NCBI GenBank assembly: GCA_024275995.1
Contig: JAJRYB010000044.1
Coordinates: forward strand, 13,041 to 77,040
DNA from: Planctomycetota bacterium
Lineage (GTDB): Bacteria > Planctomycetota > Phycisphaerae > SM23-33
Length of the DNA: 64,000 nt
Direction of reading: 5' to 3'
The first letter of the stretch is position 1, and every line of letters begins with the position of its first letter. The notes under the pieces are model-generated. The model saw only the letters and a list, made by a program, of their open reading frames with translations. It was not told the DNA's origin and searched no databases. Positions 8,769 to 18,166 of this stretch are shown here, in pieces. Both the position numbers and the translations under genes were made by a program.

Positions 8769-10616
8769 TCAAGCGTCTCCTTCGTTTCTCGCAGTGACTG
8801 CGAAGGGGGTATAGGGATATCCGGTCCATTGCACGCCGGCGTTGCTGGAGAACTCCAGCATGTTCAGACGCACGCCGTGTGCGAAAATTGCGATAAGGCA
8901 CAGGGTGATGTTCATCGCGTGGGCGAGCAGCAGGATGATTCCCGCCGGAACCCACAGAATGGCGTCGCCGCCTCCGGCGACGCTCATCGCCAGTCCATTG
9001 AACGCCACGGCGATGTAGTAGCTCGCCAGTCCGACCGCCATCAGGCGGATGTAGCTGATGGTGTCGCCGAAAGTATTCAGCATCGGCATGATGTTGCACA
9101 GCAATCCCAGCCCGAGGCGTTTGAACACATTTCGGCTGGGGATCGAAAACAGTACGACCAGAAATGCGCCGGCGCCCATCAGCGCCACGATTCCCGACGG
9201 TGGGATAATCGGTTCGCTCGGCGAAAACATTATCCAGACCAGGCCGCACATGCCCGTAAGGAAGGAGCACCATCCCGCCTCGGAGAGAAACTTCTGGTTC
9301 GGGAACAATCCAATCGCCTGGCGCAGGTGCGAGGTTACCAGATGCACGACGGCAAGGATGAAACTGATCTTGATCAGCAGCAGCCTCGATACATTCGGGT
9401 CGGAGCGGTACAGCAGCGCCGCCGGTTCCAGTATTTGACCCGGATAGGCCCACACGCCTCCGGCAGAGACCATCTGTGCCGGCGAGACGCCGAAGTAGTT
9501 GCCCGTCAGCATGCCCCATATAACCGTCGCGATCCCGAAAACGAGAATGAGGTTCGGCGCCGACCTTCCACCGAGTGAAGATAGCTTGCGATAGCCAAGC
9601 GCCCCGGCAATGACGAACAGCCAGCCGTACATCGCATCGCCCACGAGCATGGCCGTGAAAATCGGCATGGCGATCATGAAGAACGGCGCAAGGTCGAACT
9701 CGCGATAGCCCGGCGTGGTACCGAGGATTTTGAACAGCGCCTTGATAGGGCTGACCCAGCGGGGATAACGGATGAGCGTGGGGGGTTCTTCGTCTTCGTG
9801 AGGCTCGGACACCCGCACCGCGGCGTCGATGCCCGCGGCTGAGAGGTCTTCCCCCAGCGTCTCGGCGGCGTCGACGGGCGAGAACCCCTGAACGGCGAAC
9901 AGCGCCTCGTCGTCCAACCCGCTGCGCTGCGCGACGGTGTACTCCGCCGTCTTGCGGAGCTCGTCCAGTGCCGCCCGCATCCCGTTTACGTGATACGCAA
10001 GCTGCCCAAGGCGCCGGCTGTGCTCTTGCAGTGTCTCGTCAATTTCCGCAGCCTCCGCGCGAAGCGAGGGTCGGTCACGCTCCGGAAGCTCGACCGGCTC
10101 GGCGTCCGGGGGGATATTCGCCTCGCCCGATCGGACCACTACCGCTACCAGGACCTTTCCGGACCTTCGATCGCCGAACGCCTGGACACATTCAGCGTCG
10201 ATATCGCCAAGCTGGTCGGCGTCCACCCTGTAGAACCGCATGTCAACGCCCGATTGCCGGATCTGCTCGAACTGTTCCAGACGCGCCTCGCCCCACATCT
10301 CCAACTGGTCGATCTTGTGCGCCAGCGTAGAGAGGCGGTTTCGCAGTTCGATCGATTCGCGTTGAATCCGGCAGGCGTCGGCGGCGGCGTCGACGGGGGA
10401 GATATCTTCGTTCACACCGGCAGGTTCGATCGTCGAGAGCAGCTGCGACGCCCGCTGGAGCTGCCTGATGGACTCGAGCGTTTGTTCTTCCGCGACGGCC
10501 TGATCCGGGTGCACGGGCGCAAGGTGCACCACGCCCAGGTTACCAAGCGCGTCCAGCAGGCGATCCTTTTGCCCTTGCCGGCACACAACGTAGACCTTTT
10601 GCATCTTGACGATCAT
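8769..10616 (-). CDS. ntpI: V/A-type ATPase subunit I
   Basis: Soluble N-terminal half; PGYREFD, MLVGDAMYG, DTISYIRLMAVG, HGVRLNMLEF. Confidence 0.93.
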   Translation of the reverse strand: MIVKMQKVYVVCRQGQKDRLLDALGNLGVVHLAPVHPDQAVAEEQTLESIRQLQRASQLLSTIEPAGVNEDISPVDAAADACRIQRESIELRNRLSTLAHKIDQLEMWGEARLEQFEQIRQSGVDMRFYRVDADQLGDIDAECVQAFGDRRSGKVLVAVVVRSGEANIPPDAEPVELPERDRPSLRAEAAEIDETLQEHSRRLGQLAYHVNGMRAALDELRKTAEYTVAQRSGLDDEALFAVQGFSPVDAAETLGEDLSAAGIDAAVRVSEPHEDEEPPTLIRYPRWVSPIKALFKILGTTPGYREFDLAPFFMIAMPIFTAMLVGDAMYGWLFVIAGALGYRKLSSLGGRSAPNLILVFGIATVIWGMLTGNYFGVSPAQMVSAGGVWAYPGQILEPAALLYRSDPNVSRLLLIKISFILAVVHLVTSHLRQAIGLFPNQKFLSEAGWCSFLTGMCGLVWIMFSPSEPIIPPSGIVALMGAGAFLVVLFSIPSRNVFKRLGLGLLCNIMPMLNTFGDTISYIRLMAVGLASYYIAVAFNGLAMSVAGGGDAILWVPAGIILLLAHAMNITLCLIAIFAHGVRLNMLEFSSNAGVQWTGYPYTPFAVTARNEGDA

Positions 10617-11278
10617 ATCGCCGGCGCCTCCTCCAGACCGTTCTGGACCATGCCGTCCGCGCCTATTCCGAACGCCTCGGCCGACTTTATCTTCGACTTG
10701 GCGATCTTCGCCCTCCCGACCGCAGCCGTCATCTCGTCGCCCAGTAGAATCCGGATAACGCGGATCGACTCGCGGGATTCGGGGATTTTGACTTTTTCAA
10801 ACAGATTAACACGTTGTGTTATCTTGGTCAGTTCGCGTCGGAGAAGTTCGTATTGCCTGTCAATCACTTTTACTTCCGCCTGGCGCCGGCTGATCTCTCG
10901 CAGGTCCGCCAGCGCAGCGTCCACCCATGCGGGCGTCGCGAACAGGCTGTAATCAGCCTGCGGGAACGAAAGGTCTTCGAAAACCGGAACGTTAACGCCG
11001 GCTACGTTCGTCGTGGTGGTGTGGATTTCATCGGGTTTTGCAAGCCCGCGCACATCCACGCCGGCGCGATCGGCGAGCAGGTGTTCGTACGGAGAGAATT
11101 TTTCCTCCGCGTCGCGCAGGGCCAGACGCACCTTCCTCCGTGCGGACGACACGTCGCGCATGGTGATCTGGAGTTGCTGCTGCTTGAGCTTCAGCATCGG
11201 CAGGTACCGCTCGAAGCGCTGCAACATGTCGCGATGCCGCTTCAGCTCAGGTCGGGTTAGCTTGATCTTTTTCGCCAT
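10613..11278 (-). CDS. ntpD: V/A-type ATPase subunit D
   Basis: LPMLKLKQQQL, TQRVNLFEKVKIP. Confidence 0.93.
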   Translation of the reverse strand: MAKKIKLTRPELKRHRDMLQRFERYLPMLKLKQQQLQITMRDVSSARRKVRLALRDAEEKFSPYEHLLADRAGVDVRGLAKPDEIHTTTTNVAGVNVPVFEDLSFPQADYSLFATPAWVDAALADLREISRRQAEVKVIDRQYELLRRELTKITQRVNLFEKVKIPESRESIRVIRILLGDEMTAAVGRAKIAKSKIKSAEAFGIGADGMVQNGLEEAPAI

Positions 11279-11283
11279 CGTTC

Positions 11284-11331
11284 CATTTCAAATCTCAAAT
11301 CTGAAATTTCAAATCTCAAAGTTCCAATCTC
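11284..11331 (+). repeat. 7-bp tandem repeat array (AAATCTC / AAATCTG / AAATTTC / CAATCTC)
   Basis: aaatctc aaatctg aaatttc aaatctc aaagttc caatctc at 11290-11331, between ntpB and ntpD. Confidence 0.9.
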
Positions 11332-11348
11332 CCTCCGTCGCTCTTAGG

Positions 11349-12689
11349 TTACGCCGTCGCCTCCGCGGGTTCGGGCGTTTCCTCTTCATCGGTAAGTTCC
11401 TTCGGCCAATGTTGTTCGATAATCGTCCGACGGATTCCGGTTTCGACCGGTTCGAAACACTCGGCGAGGATTTTCCAGCAGCGATCGAGCGCTTCTTCCA
11501 GCGGGATATTTACGGCAAGGTCCATGATCTCCTGTTCGAACATGTCGCCGTATCGCAGAAGCTTTTCGTCCCATTCGGACATTTCGAAGCCCATATCGCG
11601 TTTCTCCCGGCTTTCGCGGCACAGGGCGTACCGCTGGAGGCATCCGTCCATGATCGCGCGGTGATCGTCGCGCGTATCGCCGTTTACCTGCTGCTTGAGA
11701 CGCGACAGCGATCCGAATGGTTCGATCCGCCCGCCACGCAGGTAGAACTGCCCCTCGGTGATGTACCCGGTGTTGTCCGGAACGGGGTGGGTAACGTCGT
11801 CGCCGGGCATGGTAACGCACGCCAGCAAAGTCATCGAGCCGGCCCCGTCAAAGTCTACTGCCTTCTCATACCGTCGGGCCATCTGCGTGTAGAGGTCGCC
11901 GGGATATCCGCGGTTGGAGGGAATCTGCTCCATCGTAATGGCGATTTCCTTCAGTGCGTCGGCAAAGGCGGTCATGTCCGTCAAAAGCACCAGTACTCGC
12001 TTGCCTTGCAGGGCGAACTGCTCCCCGACCGCGAGGCACAGGTCCGGAACCAGCAGACATTCAACGACCGGGTCCGCGGCGGTGTGGATGAACATGATGG
12101 TCCGTCCCAGCACGCCGCCTTCCTCGAACGTCTTACGGAACGTCAGGTAATCGTCGTGGCGAAGTCCCATTCCGCCCAGGATGATCACGTCCGCCTGCGC
12201 CTGGAGGCCGATCCTCGCCAGCAGCGGGTTGTAAGGTTCGCCCGCGACGGAGAAGATCGGCAGCTTCTGCGATTCCACGAGCGAATTGAAGATGTCGATC
12301 ATCGGGATTCCGGTGCGGATCATGAAGTCGGGCCTGCGCCGTTTCACCGGGTTGACGGCAGGGGTTCCGATATCGACCGGTTCGCCCTTGACCTCGGGAC
12401 GATCGTCGCGAGGCAGGCCCGATCCGTCGAACACGCGCCCGAGCAGGTCGTCGCAGAAGGGCACCTGCATGGGGCGTACCAGGAAGCGGACGCGGTCGCC
12501 CGTGGATACTCCCTGGGTCCCGGCGAATACCTGGAGACTCACGCGGTCGCCTTCCAGGCGGATTACCTGCGCCAGCGACTGGCCGCGACGGGTGTTGACA
12601 ATCGCCAACTCGTCATATCCAACGTTCCGGGCGATCACCGTCACCACGTTTCCGGCGATCCGAACGATTCGATCGTAATAAGTTCTCAT
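11349..12689 (-). CDS. ntpB: V/A-type ATPase subunit B
   Basis: [44 protein letters not shown] 12689 overlaps the subunit A stop (ATGA). Confidence 0.95.
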   Translation of the reverse strand: MRTYYDRIVRIAGNVVTVIARNVGYDELAIVNTRRGQSLAQVIRLEGDRVSLQVFAGTQGVSTGDRVRFLVRPMQVPFCDDLLGRVFDGSGLPRDDRPEVKGEPVDIGTPAVNPVKRRRPDFMIRTGIPMIDIFNSLVESQKLPIFSVAGEPYNPLLARIGLQAQADVIILGGMGLRHDDYLTFRKTFEEGGVLGRTIMFIHTAADPVVECLLVPDLCLAVGEQFALQGKRVLVLLTDMTAFADALKEIAITMEQIPSNRGYPGDLYTQMARRYEKAVDFDGAGSMTLLACVTMPGDDVTHPVPDNTGYITEGQFYLRGGRIEPFGSLSRLKQQVNGDTRDDHRAIMDGCLQRYALCRESREKRDMGFEMSEWDEKLLRYGDMFEQEIMDLAVNIPLEEALDRCWKILAECFEPVETGIRRTIIEQHWPKELTDEEETPEPAEATA

Positions 12690-14431
12690 TGTTTTGTGAC
12701 CTCTTGCGCCTTGCCGCCCCTGGTTGCGATGAACTCGTCGATTTTCCCGAGCGAAAGTTTGTATTTCTCGCTGTCGTCGGGTTCGTAGTTCCACGTACGG
12801 AACATGTCCTGCGCCTCGAACATGACACGCCTGGCGGTGTCCTTGTCGTCTAAGTCGAAGTCCCGGTCGACCACTTCAAGGATCTTGTCGAACACGAATT
12901 GCTGGCGTTCGGCCGGCGTGGCGCCGTCCACGTCGTCAAACGCGTTCTGCTGTAGATATACGTTGTCGAAGAACTCCGACTTGAGCATGATCGTGAAGTC
13001 CTCGATGTGCGTGCCTTCCTCGCCTACAACGGTCATCATCTGCTTGACCTCGCTTCCGCGGCGCAGAAGTTCGCGCACTTTCTCGACTTTTTCCGGCTCG
13101 ATTATTCCGGCGTACTTGCTCCACGACTCGAGCGGGTCGATGGCTGGATACCTGCGCGCGTCGCTGCGCGCCCGCGACAGGCCGTGGAACGCGCCTACGA
13201 CCTTCAGCGTACCCTGCGTTACGGGTTCTTCGAAGTTTCCACCGGCCGGGCTTACGGTCCCTCCGATAGTCACCGACGCGACGCGCCCATCGTTCAATTC
13301 CAGTGCGCCTGCGCGTTCGTAGAAGCCGGCAATGCGACTTTCCAGGTATGCCGGGAAGGCTTCCTCGCCGGGGATTTCCTCCAGCCGGCCTGACACCTCG
13401 CGCATCGCCTGCGCCCATCGCGAGGTCGAATCCGCCAGAAGCAGAACGTGCAGGCCCATCTGCCGGTAATACTCCGCGAGCGTCACGGCTGTGTATACCG
13501 ACGCCTCCCGCGCCGCGACGGGCATTGCGGAGGTGTTGCAGATAATGATGGTCCGCTCCATGAGGCTCTTTCCGGTCCGTGGATCGATAAGTTCGGGGAA
13601 CTCACGGATCGTCTCGACGACCTCTCCGGCGCGCTCGCCGCAGGCTGCGACGATAACGATATCGACGGCTGCGTGCCGCGACGTGATCTGCTGAAGGACC
13701 GTTTTTCCTGCGCCGAACGGTCCGGGAATGCAGTAAGTTCCGCCTCGTACGACGGGGAACATCGAGTCGATGATACGCACGCGGGTCAGCAGTGGTTCGG
13801 AGGGCATCAGTCGCCGCTTGCAAATTGCCAGTGGTCGCTTGACGGGCCAGTCCTGCTGCATCGTGACGGAGATCTTCTCGCCGGATTGTCCAGCCAGCAC
13901 CGCTATCTCCTCGCCGACCGTGTGTGATGACGCCTCGACGATGCTCTCCACTTTGCATTCGCCCTTGAGGGTGAACGGCGCCATGATGTGATGTTCGAAC
14001 ATGGTTTCCGGAACGGTCCCGAGCGTATCGCCGGCGCGAACGGTATCGCCCACGCTTACTTTTGGCGTGAAGTCCCACGTGCGCTGCTCGTCCAGGCCGT
14101 GCACGTACACCCCGGGCGTCAGAAAGAAGCCCGTCTTCTCCGCCACCCTCGGCAGGGGGTTCTGAAGCCCATCGTAGGTCTGCCCGAGCAATCCCGGCCC
14201 GAGCGTCACCGAGAGCATTTCGTCGCGCAGCTCGACAATATCGCCGACGCGCAGGCCACGGGTCTCCTCGAAGACCTGGAGGTCCGCCAGTCGTCCTCGG
14301 ATGCGGATCACCTCGCTCAACAGCTTCGCACCGTCCCGACGGCAGCAGTAGCCTATCGAGTTCTGTACGATCTTTCCGTCGGTTTCCGCGATCACCATGT
14401 TTCCGAATACGGAGACAATTCTACCGTTCAC
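12686..14431 (-). CDS. ntpA: V/A-type ATPase subunit A
   Basis: Walker [35 protein letters not shown] start. Confidence 0.96.
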   Translation of the reverse strand: MNGRIVSVFGNMVIAETDGKIVQNSIGYCCRRDGAKLLSEVIRIRGRLADLQVFEETRGLRVGDIVELRDEMLSVTLGPGLLGQTYDGLQNPLPRVAEKTGFFLTPGVYVHGLDEQRTWDFTPKVSVGDTVRAGDTLGTVPETMFEHHIMAPFTLKGECKVESIVEASSHTVGEEIAVLAGQSGEKISVTMQQDWPVKRPLAICKRRLMPSEPLLTRVRIIDSMFPVVRGGTYCIPGPFGAGKTVLQQITSRHAAVDIVIVAACGERAGEVVETIREFPELIDPRTGKSLMERTIIICNTSAMPVAAREASVYTAVTLAEYYRQMGLHVLLLADSTSRWAQAMREVSGRLEEIPGEEAFPAYLESRIAGFYERAGALELNDGRVASVTIGGTVSPAGGNFEEPVTQGTLKVVGAFHGLSRARSDARRYPAIDPLESWSKYAGIIEPEKVEKVRELLRRGSEVKQMMTVVGEEGTHIEDFTIMLKSEFFDNVYLQQNAFDDVDGATPAERQQFVFDKILEVVDRDFDLDDKDTARRVMFEAQDMFRTWNYEPDDSEKYKLSLGKIDEFIATRGGKAQEVTKQ

Positions 14432-15174
14432 TATTTAGCCTCTTTCTTCGTTGCCGTATCGCCCGCCTGTCCGGTTTTACTCTCGCCCGTCGGTTTTTCG
14501 GCAGGCGTGAGTCGCTGCCATCTGTGCAGCAGCACGAGTTTTGCGGCGTAGGCGGCCAGTTCGTCGCTTGTGAAGGAATACCAGTTGTCGTTTTCTTCCA
14601 TCCATTTCCAGCGTGCCGTATCGAGCAGGCGCAGACCCGCAAGCGGGTTTGGCGCCCTGGACCACTCGCCGAGCAGGCCGGTGAAATCCTCGTCGCCCGA
14701 GGCCAGTTCCGTCGCGGCGGTGTATTCCCTCGGTTCCAGTCCGAGCGCTGCGGCGCGCGATTCGGCGATGGCGTTTCGAAGCGCTACCTCGAAGCTCACC
14801 CAGTCTTTCAGGAATCCGCAATCGTGCTGCCTCGCCACGTCGGAGGCGTGACGGAAGTATGCCGTCCACGTCGCCTCCGCGACCACGCGGGGGACGGAAG
14901 TTCCGGAACTCTCGGCGAACAGGTATTCCGGCAGCGGCTTTTCGCCGCGCACCTGATCGGCCGTCAGCACCGCAGGCAGCACGTCCTGTGTTTCTCCGGC
15001 GATAAAACCGTCACGCTGGAGCAGGTCGTCCGACAGGAGAACCATCGCCACGGGCTCCCGCGCATCGCAGGGCGAAACGTGCTCCAGCAGCGCCGCCGGA
15101 GACAGCGGCGCCGATGCGCCCAGCTGCCCCAGTGACGGAAGCGACGTTACGTAGTAATAATGGCGGTTCGTCAT
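14431..15174 (-). CDS. DUF2764-like protein (subunit C position of the V/A-ATPase operon)
   Basis: N-terminal YYYVTSLPSL, C-terminal AYAAKLVLLHRW; lies between subunits E and A. Confidence 0.75.
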   Translation of the reverse strand: MTNRHYYYVTSLPSLGQLGASAPLSPAALLEHVSPCDAREPVAMVLLSDDLLQRDGFIAGETQDVLPAVLTADQVRGEKPLPEYLFAESSGTSVPRVVAEATWTAYFRHASDVARQHDCGFLKDWVSFEVALRNAIAESRAAALGLEPREYTAATELASGDEDFTGLLGEWSRAPNPLAGLRLLDTARWKWMEENDNWYSFTSDELAAYAAKLVLLHRWQRLTPAEKPTGESKTGQAGDTATKKEAK

Positions 15175-15818
15175 TGCTCGGATTGCTGTCTATCGGCAGC
15201 GATTGCGTTTTCGACAAGCTCACGAAGGGACGGGCTTACCAGGTCCGACAACGTCTCCACGACCGATGGAAGCGTTACGTCCACGGTGGCGCCGCAGACC
15301 GTGTACTCGAAACCCGCTTCGGTGAGCGTGCCCTTGAGATCCAGCGAGATATCCAGTTCGTCGATCTTTTTTTGTCCCACTTCCCTCAGGGCCCAGTCCA
15401 CCAGCTTCTCGTGCTGCTCCTGGGAGACGTTGATCTTGATCGCATCTGTACCGTCCATGCGGCTCTTGGCGTGCGCGATGATCAACTCGTGCAGGAGCTT
15501 GCCGATGAAATCGACGTCCCTGAGCTTTTCCTTCGCTCCTGCCGCGAGCACCGCTTCGATCACCTTGCCGAGTGTCTCGCGGAGACGCAGCACAACGTCT
15601 CTTGCGGCAAGAGATAATTCGCTTTGCGCGCGATTCACGATCGCCTCGCCTTGTGCCTTGGCGTCGGCAACGATCTTTTCCGCCTGCTCGTTGGCTTCGG
15701 CGAGAATGCGTTCAGCCTGTTTTTCCGCTTCTTCGCGGAGCTTTTGTGCTTCCTGCCTGCCGGCCTGAACACCCTCGGCTTGCAGCTTGGCGACGAATGA
15801 TTCAATAGTTTCGGGCAT
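15171..15818 (-). CDS. ntpE: V/A-type ATPase subunit E
   Basis: Helical KLQAEGVQAG...A..IVA.A N-terminus; first gene of the operon. Confidence 0.85.
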   Translation of the reverse strand: MPETIESFVAKLQAEGVQAGRQEAQKLREEAEKQAERILAEANEQAEKIVADAKAQGEAIVNRAQSELSLAARDVVLRLRETLGKVIEAVLAAGAKEKLRDVDFIGKLLHELIIAHAKSRMDGTDAIKINVSQEQHEKLVDWALREVGQKKIDELDISLDLKGTLTEAGFEYTVCGATVDVTLPSVVETLSDLVSPSLRELVENAIAADRQQSEQ

Positions 15819-16052
15819 TCCGGGCTCTCCAAACTGGTTCTGATCGGACCTTTCCTACCGGCAAACCGGCAGGAAAGGTTCCCCCACCCTGTCATTGCTA
15901 ATTATCGGAGGAACAAGCCGATACATTAGTCTTCTCTTTCAGGAAGGTATCCGCTTGGCGGCGCAACGCACGCCGCATTATTCCTGTCGCAGCCCGGTAG
16001 GCGGGTATGCCGGGAGGCGATTCTGCGATCATGGAGGAAGGAGTATCCGTGT

Positions 16053-16745
16053 CTAAAGGCAGTTTTTCATCTTCATCAGGTTCGCAACGCTCTGGGCGAT
16101 CTGCGTCAACGAGAAAACGGAGCAGTCGTACATGACGTTGAAGGCCGGCTTCCGTGGAAATTTCGCCTCGTAGATTTTACGCAGGTAACTCCTTTCCTGT
16201 TCCTTGGATTGGATTTGCAACTTCGCTTCGATTTCGCTGAGCCCCTCGCGGAAGGCAATCTGTTTGACGCGCCATTCCAGCGGCGCCTCCAGGCGAACGG
16301 AAATCCCATTCGGGAGATCCTGCGTGGCCCCGGCGCTTCCCTGGCCAACGAAAATCGCATGCCCCTCGGACGCCAGGGCACGAATGACCGACGTTATCTT
16401 CCTGCGGATTTCGAACCCGGAGGGCAAGCGATCCTTCTTGCCCTTTCCCAGCGATCGGAAAAATTCGGCCAGAAGTTTCGGCTTGCTGCGGCGCTGATTG
16501 TCCAGGATATCCGTTGCCGTGTTCGTGTCGGATGCCAGGCGGTCCAGGATTTCCTTGTGGTAGATTTTCCAGACGGTATCCGGATCGACGTTATCGTTCA
16601 GGATTTCCAGCAGCAGCAAGCCCAGCGAGAATCCCCAGCAGCCGTACTGGCGGGAGATCGTGACGAACGGACCGCTACTGTCCGGTTCGTCGCCGGTCTC
16701 GTCGTGCTTCTCCTGCATATGATCTGATAGCGACACCTTGGCCAT
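16053..16745 (-). CDS. Cytidylate kinase-like family protein
   Basis: VTISRQYGCWG, IFVGQGSAG, VRLEAPLEWR. RBS aggag before ATG 16745. Confidence 0.8.
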   Translation of the reverse strand: MAKVSLSDHMQEKHDETGDEPDSSGPFVTISRQYGCWGFSLGLLLLEILNDNVDPDTVWKIYHKEILDRLASDTNTATDILDNQRRSKPKLLAEFFRSLGKGKKDRLPSGFEIRRKITSVIRALASEGHAIFVGQGSAGATQDLPNGISVRLEAPLEWRVKQIAFREGLSEIEAKLQIQSKEQERSYLRKIYEAKFPRKPAFNVMYDCSVFSLTQIAQSVANLMKMKNCL

Positions 16746-16863
16746 CAGCACACTCCTGTCGCTTTTGCCGAAAAGAAACTCTTGTGGAGAACTTTGCGAT
16801 TTCGAACGGCGATTGTCAATGTTCTTTTGGCGGGCAGATCGGAACGGGACGGCGCGATCGGCG

Positions 16864-18039
16864 TCAAACCTTGCGATCGCGCTTCGTGAATGACTTATCG
16901 GCGTCCAGTTTGCCGAAGATCATTCGACCGGCCGAGGTCTGCAACACGCTTGTTACGATGATTGTGATCTCCCGGCCGATAAAATCGCGACCCTGTTCCG
17001 CGACGATCATCGTTCCGTCGTCCAGGTATCCGACGCCCTGTCCGGATTCTTCGCCTGGTTTGATGATCTTTACCGACATGTTCTCACCGGGAAGCACGAT
17101 CGGTTTCATCGCGTTGGCGAGGTCGTTGATATTGACGACCGTTACGCCGCGGAGTTGGGCAATCTTGTTGAGATTGTAATCGTTCGTGGCGATACGCCCG
17201 CCGAGGTGTTTCGCCAGCGCCACCAGCTTGGCGTCCACGTCGCGCGCCTGCTCGACGTCGGGAATCTGGAGGTCCAATATCTGGATATCCACCTTGTCCG
17301 AACTCTGAAGGCGATTCAAAATGTCCAGGCCGCGACGTCCGCGATTGCGCCTCAGCTTGTCTTCGGAATCCGCGATCGCCTGGAGTTCTGCAAGGATGAA
17401 ACGCGGCACGACCAGGTCAGATTCCAGAACCCGCGTGTCCACGATGTCGGCGATGCGCCCGTCGATGATTACCGAGGTGTCCAGCAGCATCGGGCGCGGA
17501 CCCTTGCTCTCCTTGGCGAACTCCACGTAGGGAATCACGAAGCGGAACACGTCCTTGGTCTGCAAGACGAACGTTACGCACAGAAAAACCGCCGCGGCGC
17601 CCATGAGCAGCTTTATGAGCTGGACCATTCTTTCGTGGGCGACGAAGGTCCGCCAGGCTGTCATTTCGTTATCGTACTTCTTCTGAATGGCGGCGACCTG
17701 GGCGGCCTTGGCGTCGTGAGGAATCTGGATTTCCGCCGGCCTGTCTGCGGGGTCCGGACCCGGGAGGATCTCGACCACCTTGTCAACGATAAGAGAGAGC
17801 ATGATCGCGATGACCAGACCCGCCAGAAGACCGAAAAATACGCCGCTGAGCGTTGCAAGACGCTTTCTCTTCCAGAGCATGTCGATCATGACCACGGCGA
17901 ACGCAAGTGCCGCCGGAATCAGGATGTACAGCGTTGCGTAAATGCTGCCCCGACCGATAACGTCATGCTGGAAAGCAAAAGAAATGGTGACCGCGAGAAC
18001 TACCAGGAGGAAAATAATACGCACCAGGTGAAGTACCAT
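16864..18039 (-). CDS. Membrane PIN/TRAM-domain protein (YacL-like)
   Basis: N-terminal TM helices; LLDTSVIIDGRI, RRNRGRRGLDIL, TNDYNL; TRAM motif GVGYLDDGTMIV..VLQTSAGRMIF. Confidence 0.92.
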   Translation of the reverse strand: MVLHLVRIIFLLVVLAVTISFAFQHDVIGRGSIYATLYILIPAALAFAVVMIDMLWKRKRLATLSGVFFGLLAGLVIAIMLSLIVDKVVEILPGPDPADRPAEIQIPHDAKAAQVAAIQKKYDNEMTAWRTFVAHERMVQLIKLLMGAAAVFLCVTFVLQTKDVFRFVIPYVEFAKESKGPRPMLLDTSVIIDGRIADIVDTRVLESDLVVPRFILAELQAIADSEDKLRRNRGRRGLDILNRLQSSDKVDIQILDLQIPDVEQARDVDAKLVALAKHLGGRIATNDYNLNKIAQLRGVTVVNINDLANAMKPIVLPGENMSVKIIKPGEESGQGVGYLDDGTMIVAEQGRDFIGREITIIVTSVLQTSAGRMIFGKLDADKSFTKRDRKV

Positions 18040-18166
18040 AATGATCCGCCCTTTCTACCTTATGATATTGAATGACTCCTATGACGGCCTGAAGTATAAC
18101 ACCTCACGGCTTGGTGATGGTAGGGGGATTTTTCGCAAAATGGTTTCGGGCGATTATCTGCCGTTT

